64,000 nucleotides of DNA from Candidatus Latescibacterota bacterium (lineage in GTDB: Bacteria > Latescibacterota > UBA2968 > UBA8231): contig OZ220089.1 in NCBI GenBank assembly GCA_964291625.2, positions 1,376,001 through 1,440,000 of the forward strand, in the 5' to 3' direction. Every line of letters begins with the position of its first letter. Within the stretch, counting starts at the first letter, position 1. Of this stretch, positions 61,048-64,000 are shown piece after piece. The position numbers and the translations under genes are program-made. The notes beneath the pieces were generated by a model. It searched no databases. It was given only the letters and a program-made list of their open reading frames with translations, and was not told where the DNA came from.

Positions 61048-61653
61048 ATGACAACTCCGATCCAATCCGGGCGCTGGGTCGTCACCGGCATCGACCTCGC
61101 CGGGTCGCCCGCGAGACCAACCGGCATCTGCATCCTCACCGGGGACCGCGCCCGCACGCAGCTCGCCTTCGACGACGCGGAGATCCTGGACCTCGTCCGC
61201 GCCTCGGGCCCGGATCTCGTGCCGATCGACGCGCCGCTGAGCCTGCCTCCGGGCCGGCGGGAGATCGGCGACCGCAACGGCGAGCACTTCCGGCCGTGCG
61301 ACCGCGAGCTGCAGCGGCGGGGGATCCGCTTCTTCCCGATCACCCTGGGGCCGATGCGCATGCTCACCGAGCGCGGGCTCCGGCTCAAGGCCCGGATCGA
61401 GGCCGAGGGTCTGGTGCCGGTGGAGTGCTACCCCGGCGGGGCCATCGACGTCTGGGGGCTGCCGCGGCAGCAGCACGACCGCGAGGGGCTGCGCAGGGGC
61501 CTGGCCCGGCTGGGAGTGCGGGGGCTGCGGGCCGGCTTGAGCGGACACGAGCTCGACGCCGTGGCCGCGGCCCTGGTTGGACGGGGCTTCTTCAGCGGGG
61601 CCGCGGAGATGATCGGGGGCGAGGACGGCATGCTGCTCCCGCTGGCGGAGTGA
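61048..61653 (+). CDS. DUF429-family (RNase H-fold) protein
   Basis: GIDLAG, IDAPLSLP, R.CDREL, ECYP and HELDA motifs. Confidence 0.8.
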   Translation: MTTPIQSGRWVVTGIDLAGSPARPTGICILTGDRARTQLAFDDAEILDLVRASGPDLVPIDAPLSLPPGRREIGDRNGEHFRPCDRELQRRGIRFFPITLGPMRMLTERGLRLKARIEAEGLVPVECYPGGAIDVWGLPRQQHDREGLRRGLARLGVRGLRAGLSGHELDAVAAALVGRGFFSGAAEMIGGEDGMLLPLAE

Positions 61654-61760
61654 TGGCACGCGTGTAGTTGCCGGACCAGGAGCGTCGGCATACCCTCACG
61701 CGAAGAGGCAGGAAGAGCGCAGGAAATCGTAGAGCAAGGGGCGAGTCCCGAGGGGGATAG

Positions 61761-62609
61761 ATGACCACTCCGATCCAGTCCGGCGAGCCATTCTCGGAGG
61801 AGAAGACGCGGGAGATCGTCGCCGCCTTCCACAGGGACGGTTTCGCACACGTCCCCGGCGTGCTCGAAGAAGGTGAGATGCAGGCGCTGCGGGACAGGAC
61901 GGACGAGTTGCTCGACGATCCCCGGCTCGCGGAAGTGGAGGACCTCGAACTGCACGATCGCCGCTACGTGCAGATGACCCGCGGCGACGACCGGAAGCCC
62001 TTCATCCTGCGGGGCACGATCGCCCTGGACCCGATCTTCCGGGAGATGCTGCCTCGCGAGCCCATCCTGAGCCTGGCGGAGGCGGTGGTCGGACCGAACT
62101 GCCGGTTCTGCGGCCAGAACGTGCTGCGCAACCAGACCGGCGTGGCCATCGAGCGGTGGCACGTGGACGGCTCCGTCCACTTCCCCGTGCCGGAGGGCGT
62201 GCCCCGCCACGACCCGCGGATCCCGCCGCCGGTCCTGTGGATCACGGTGCAGATGGCCCTCACCGACATCGACCGGATCGAGCACGGGCCGACCCAGTAC
62301 GTCCCGGGCAGCCACCTCTCGGGGAAGGACCCCAACGACCCGGAGAATCCCGAGTTCGAGGGGCGCGGTCCGGTCTCCGTGTTCTGCAAGGCGGGGGATA
62401 TCTACCTGCAGGATCCGCAGTGCTGGCACCGCGGGGCCCCGAACACCTCCGGCCGCACCCGCTACCTGATGCAGTCACAGTACGCGGTGGACTGGGCCTA
62501 CCGCCGATTCGGCTGGATGAACGCGGTCCCGGTCCCGGAGGACGAGCGCCCGCCCGCCGGCAGCCGCCTGGACCAGCTGCTCGGCGGCCGGCATTCACCC
62601 CCGGCGTAG
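61761..62609 (+). CDS. Phytanoyl-CoA dioxygenase (PhyH)-family 2OG-Fe(II) oxygenase
   Basis: FHRDGF, WHVD, ALTD...GPT.YVPGSH, AGD and WHRG.PN.S...R motifs. Confidence 0.88.
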   Translation: MTTPIQSGEPFSEEKTREIVAAFHRDGFAHVPGVLEEGEMQALRDRTDELLDDPRLAEVEDLELHDRRYVQMTRGDDRKPFILRGTIALDPIFREMLPREPILSLAEAVVGPNCRFCGQNVLRNQTGVAIERWHVDGSVHFPVPEGVPRHDPRIPPPVLWITVQMALTDIDRIEHGPTQYVPGSHLSGKDPNDPENPEFEGRGPVSVFCKAGDIYLQDPQCWHRGAPNTSGRTRYLMQSQYAVDWAYRRFGWMNAVPVPEDERPPAGSRLDQLLGGRHSPPA

Positions 62610-62700
62610 GACCATCAACCCGCTGCGGGGATTCAGGTGTTGAGAGCGGGACCTCTGCTACACGCCGCCCTGAACTGGTTCTCACTTGACGCCTTTACCC

Positions 62701-64000
62701 CTACTGACCCCGGTGTACTTCACGCAGGTTGTCTCTTGTCCCCGTCTCTCGCTTTGCTGCCCCCGGACGCATCTTGCCAAATGACTCAAGACTGCGTACC
62801 AGCCGCCCTACCTGCTCCGGTATTTCACCTGCACCCATTGCATCGATTATTGCAGTTGGCGTTACCGAAATCCCGTATCGCTCCTGAAGTGTCTGGTTCA
62901 GGTGTCCCAATGCCTCCTTACCTGGAATAAGGGATCGCCTTGTAGCATCATCACTCCACCCTGACTCAAACTCACTGAGCGCCTTCTCGTCAAAGGTTGT
63001 CTCATCTGTCTCGGGTGAGACGCTCTTTGCATACCTCCGGGTGGCAGCCAAGCGTTGGGCAACTACAAACGTGCGTCTGTGCTCCGCAGTTCTATCGAGG
63101 ATTTCCTCGGCGCAAGGAACGAACTCGTGCTTTGTGCCGCCACGCCTGATGCTATCAGCAAGCCTTCTTCTCGCTGCTCGATCGATCGCTGTTGGGCTCA
63201 GAAGTAGGTTCTCAATTTCCTTGCAATCATGGAACCAAACCTCGTCACAGAAGGCCCTGCAACTAGCAACAAGAGCCTCGCACTCCTCTCTTGAACGGTA
63301 GTCCCGATCCAATATCACTGCCGCCGCCACTCTGCCTCCGAGGGTGCTCTCCATCCCTGCCTTCAAACTGCGTACCCTCTCTGGGCTGAACCCTCTGACT
63401 GGCACCACGGAGAAATTGCTTCGATTACTCACTACTGTACATCCGAGCTTCTTGGCGAACTTCGCGATTATCTGGAAATCCTTACCTTCGACAAATACAA
63501 CCCGCCGGGTCTTCGCGATCTCAGTGAGTAAGGGATTCAGATTGGACCCCAGAGAACCGAAGACCTCCGTGAGCGCCGAGGGATGTGAGATTCTCCTTGC
63601 GCTCCGGCGCTTCTTGTTCACCAAGACAATGTCGTCAGGCTCAGCCTCAGAGATCATCTCCGTTGAGTGTGTGGCAATTACTATGTCGGGCCCAAGATTC
63701 CTCAGGATTCCCAGCAACTGCCTTTGCAGATCCGCATGCAGATAGATGTCCGGCTCATCAATGAGAAAGATAGCTTTGTCTTCCGACTGAACTATGTGGG
63801 TCAACATCTGGCACCAAACTTGGAAGCCAAAGCCTGACCAGAACAACTCACGAGGAATCCGGTCCTCTGGACAGAACATTCTCAGAAGCGTCTTCCCGTG
63901 TGTACTATCGAGGATAGGCTTCTCAATCTCCATTCCAGGCCAAGTCTCTCTTAGCATGAGGCTGAATTGCTTAAAAGGAGCAGGATAGTGGTACCAGATG
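62701..64000 (-). CDS. OLD-family ATP-dependent nuclease (ABC ATPase + TOPRIM), 5' end outside the window
   Basis: WSGFG signature, IDEPDIYLH Walker B, IATHS, FVEGKD, DRD and EIENLL motifs. The frame stays open to the window edge; AT-richer DNA. Confidence 0.8.
   Translation of the reverse strand, partial: IWYHYPAPFKQFSLMLRETWPGMEIEKPILDSTHGKTLLRMFCPEDRIPRELFWSGFGFQVWCQMLTHIVQSEDKAIFLIDEPDIYLHADLQRQLLGILRNLGPDIVIATHSTEMISEAEPDDIVLVNKKRRSARRISHPSALTEVFGSLGSNLNPLLTEIAKTRRVVFVEGKDFQIIAKFAKKLGCTVVSNRSNFSVVPVRGFSPERVRSLKAGMESTLGGRVAAAVILDRDYRSREECEALVASCRAFCDEVWFHDCKEIENLLLSPTAIDRAARRRLADSIRRGGTKHEFVPCAEEILDRTAEHRRTFVVAQRLAATRRYAKSVSPETDETTFDEKALSEFESGWSDDATRRSLIPGKEALGHLNQTLQERYGISVTPTAIIDAMGAGEIPEQVGRLVRSLESFGKMRPGAAKRETGTRDNLREVHRGQ

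Overview
High-GC bacterial window with about 44 genes and no rRNA, tRNA or CRISPR array that I can see. Secreted proteins ending in dockerin-like DFDGDG repeats plus a FlgD/T9SS-like C-terminal domain, together with many ankyrin, LRR, NHL and TPR proteins, suggest a Latescibacterota/Gemmatimonadota-like host-associated (e.g. sponge) symbiont; this is inference. From left to right: a DHDPS-family lyase divergent from a FAD oxidoreductase-hydantoinase B/A operon; two secreted proteins with swapped N-termini and near-identical C-termini; an LRR lipoprotein, sulfatase, NHL protein, beta-helix protein, GT-C/TPR protein and GHL10 hydrolase; an amidohydrolase and aceE; then a 20-kb array of seven ankyrin genes. 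The most notable structure is in that array. The ankyrin pair A and B is tandemly duplicated, and each copy carries a different AT-richer cargo between A and B. Cargo 1 is a tightly coupled four-gene candidate anti-phage system (DUF6361-like protein, double-HxK PLD, SNF2-like helicase with a chaperone-like C-terminus, YbjN/T3SS-chaperone-like protein). Cargo 2 is a membrane TPR protein. Further right are a dinJ and yafQ pair split by a membrane-protein gene that an IS256 interrupts (8-bp target duplication), soxR with a perfect sox box facing a Rieske-domain gene, a decayed soxR 3' duplicate, a RelE-like toxin with an unknown partner, an AAC(3)/ART-like/transglutaminase operon, DUF429, PhyH and a partial OLD-family nuclease. 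All family calls come from motif recognition by eye; no database searches were run.
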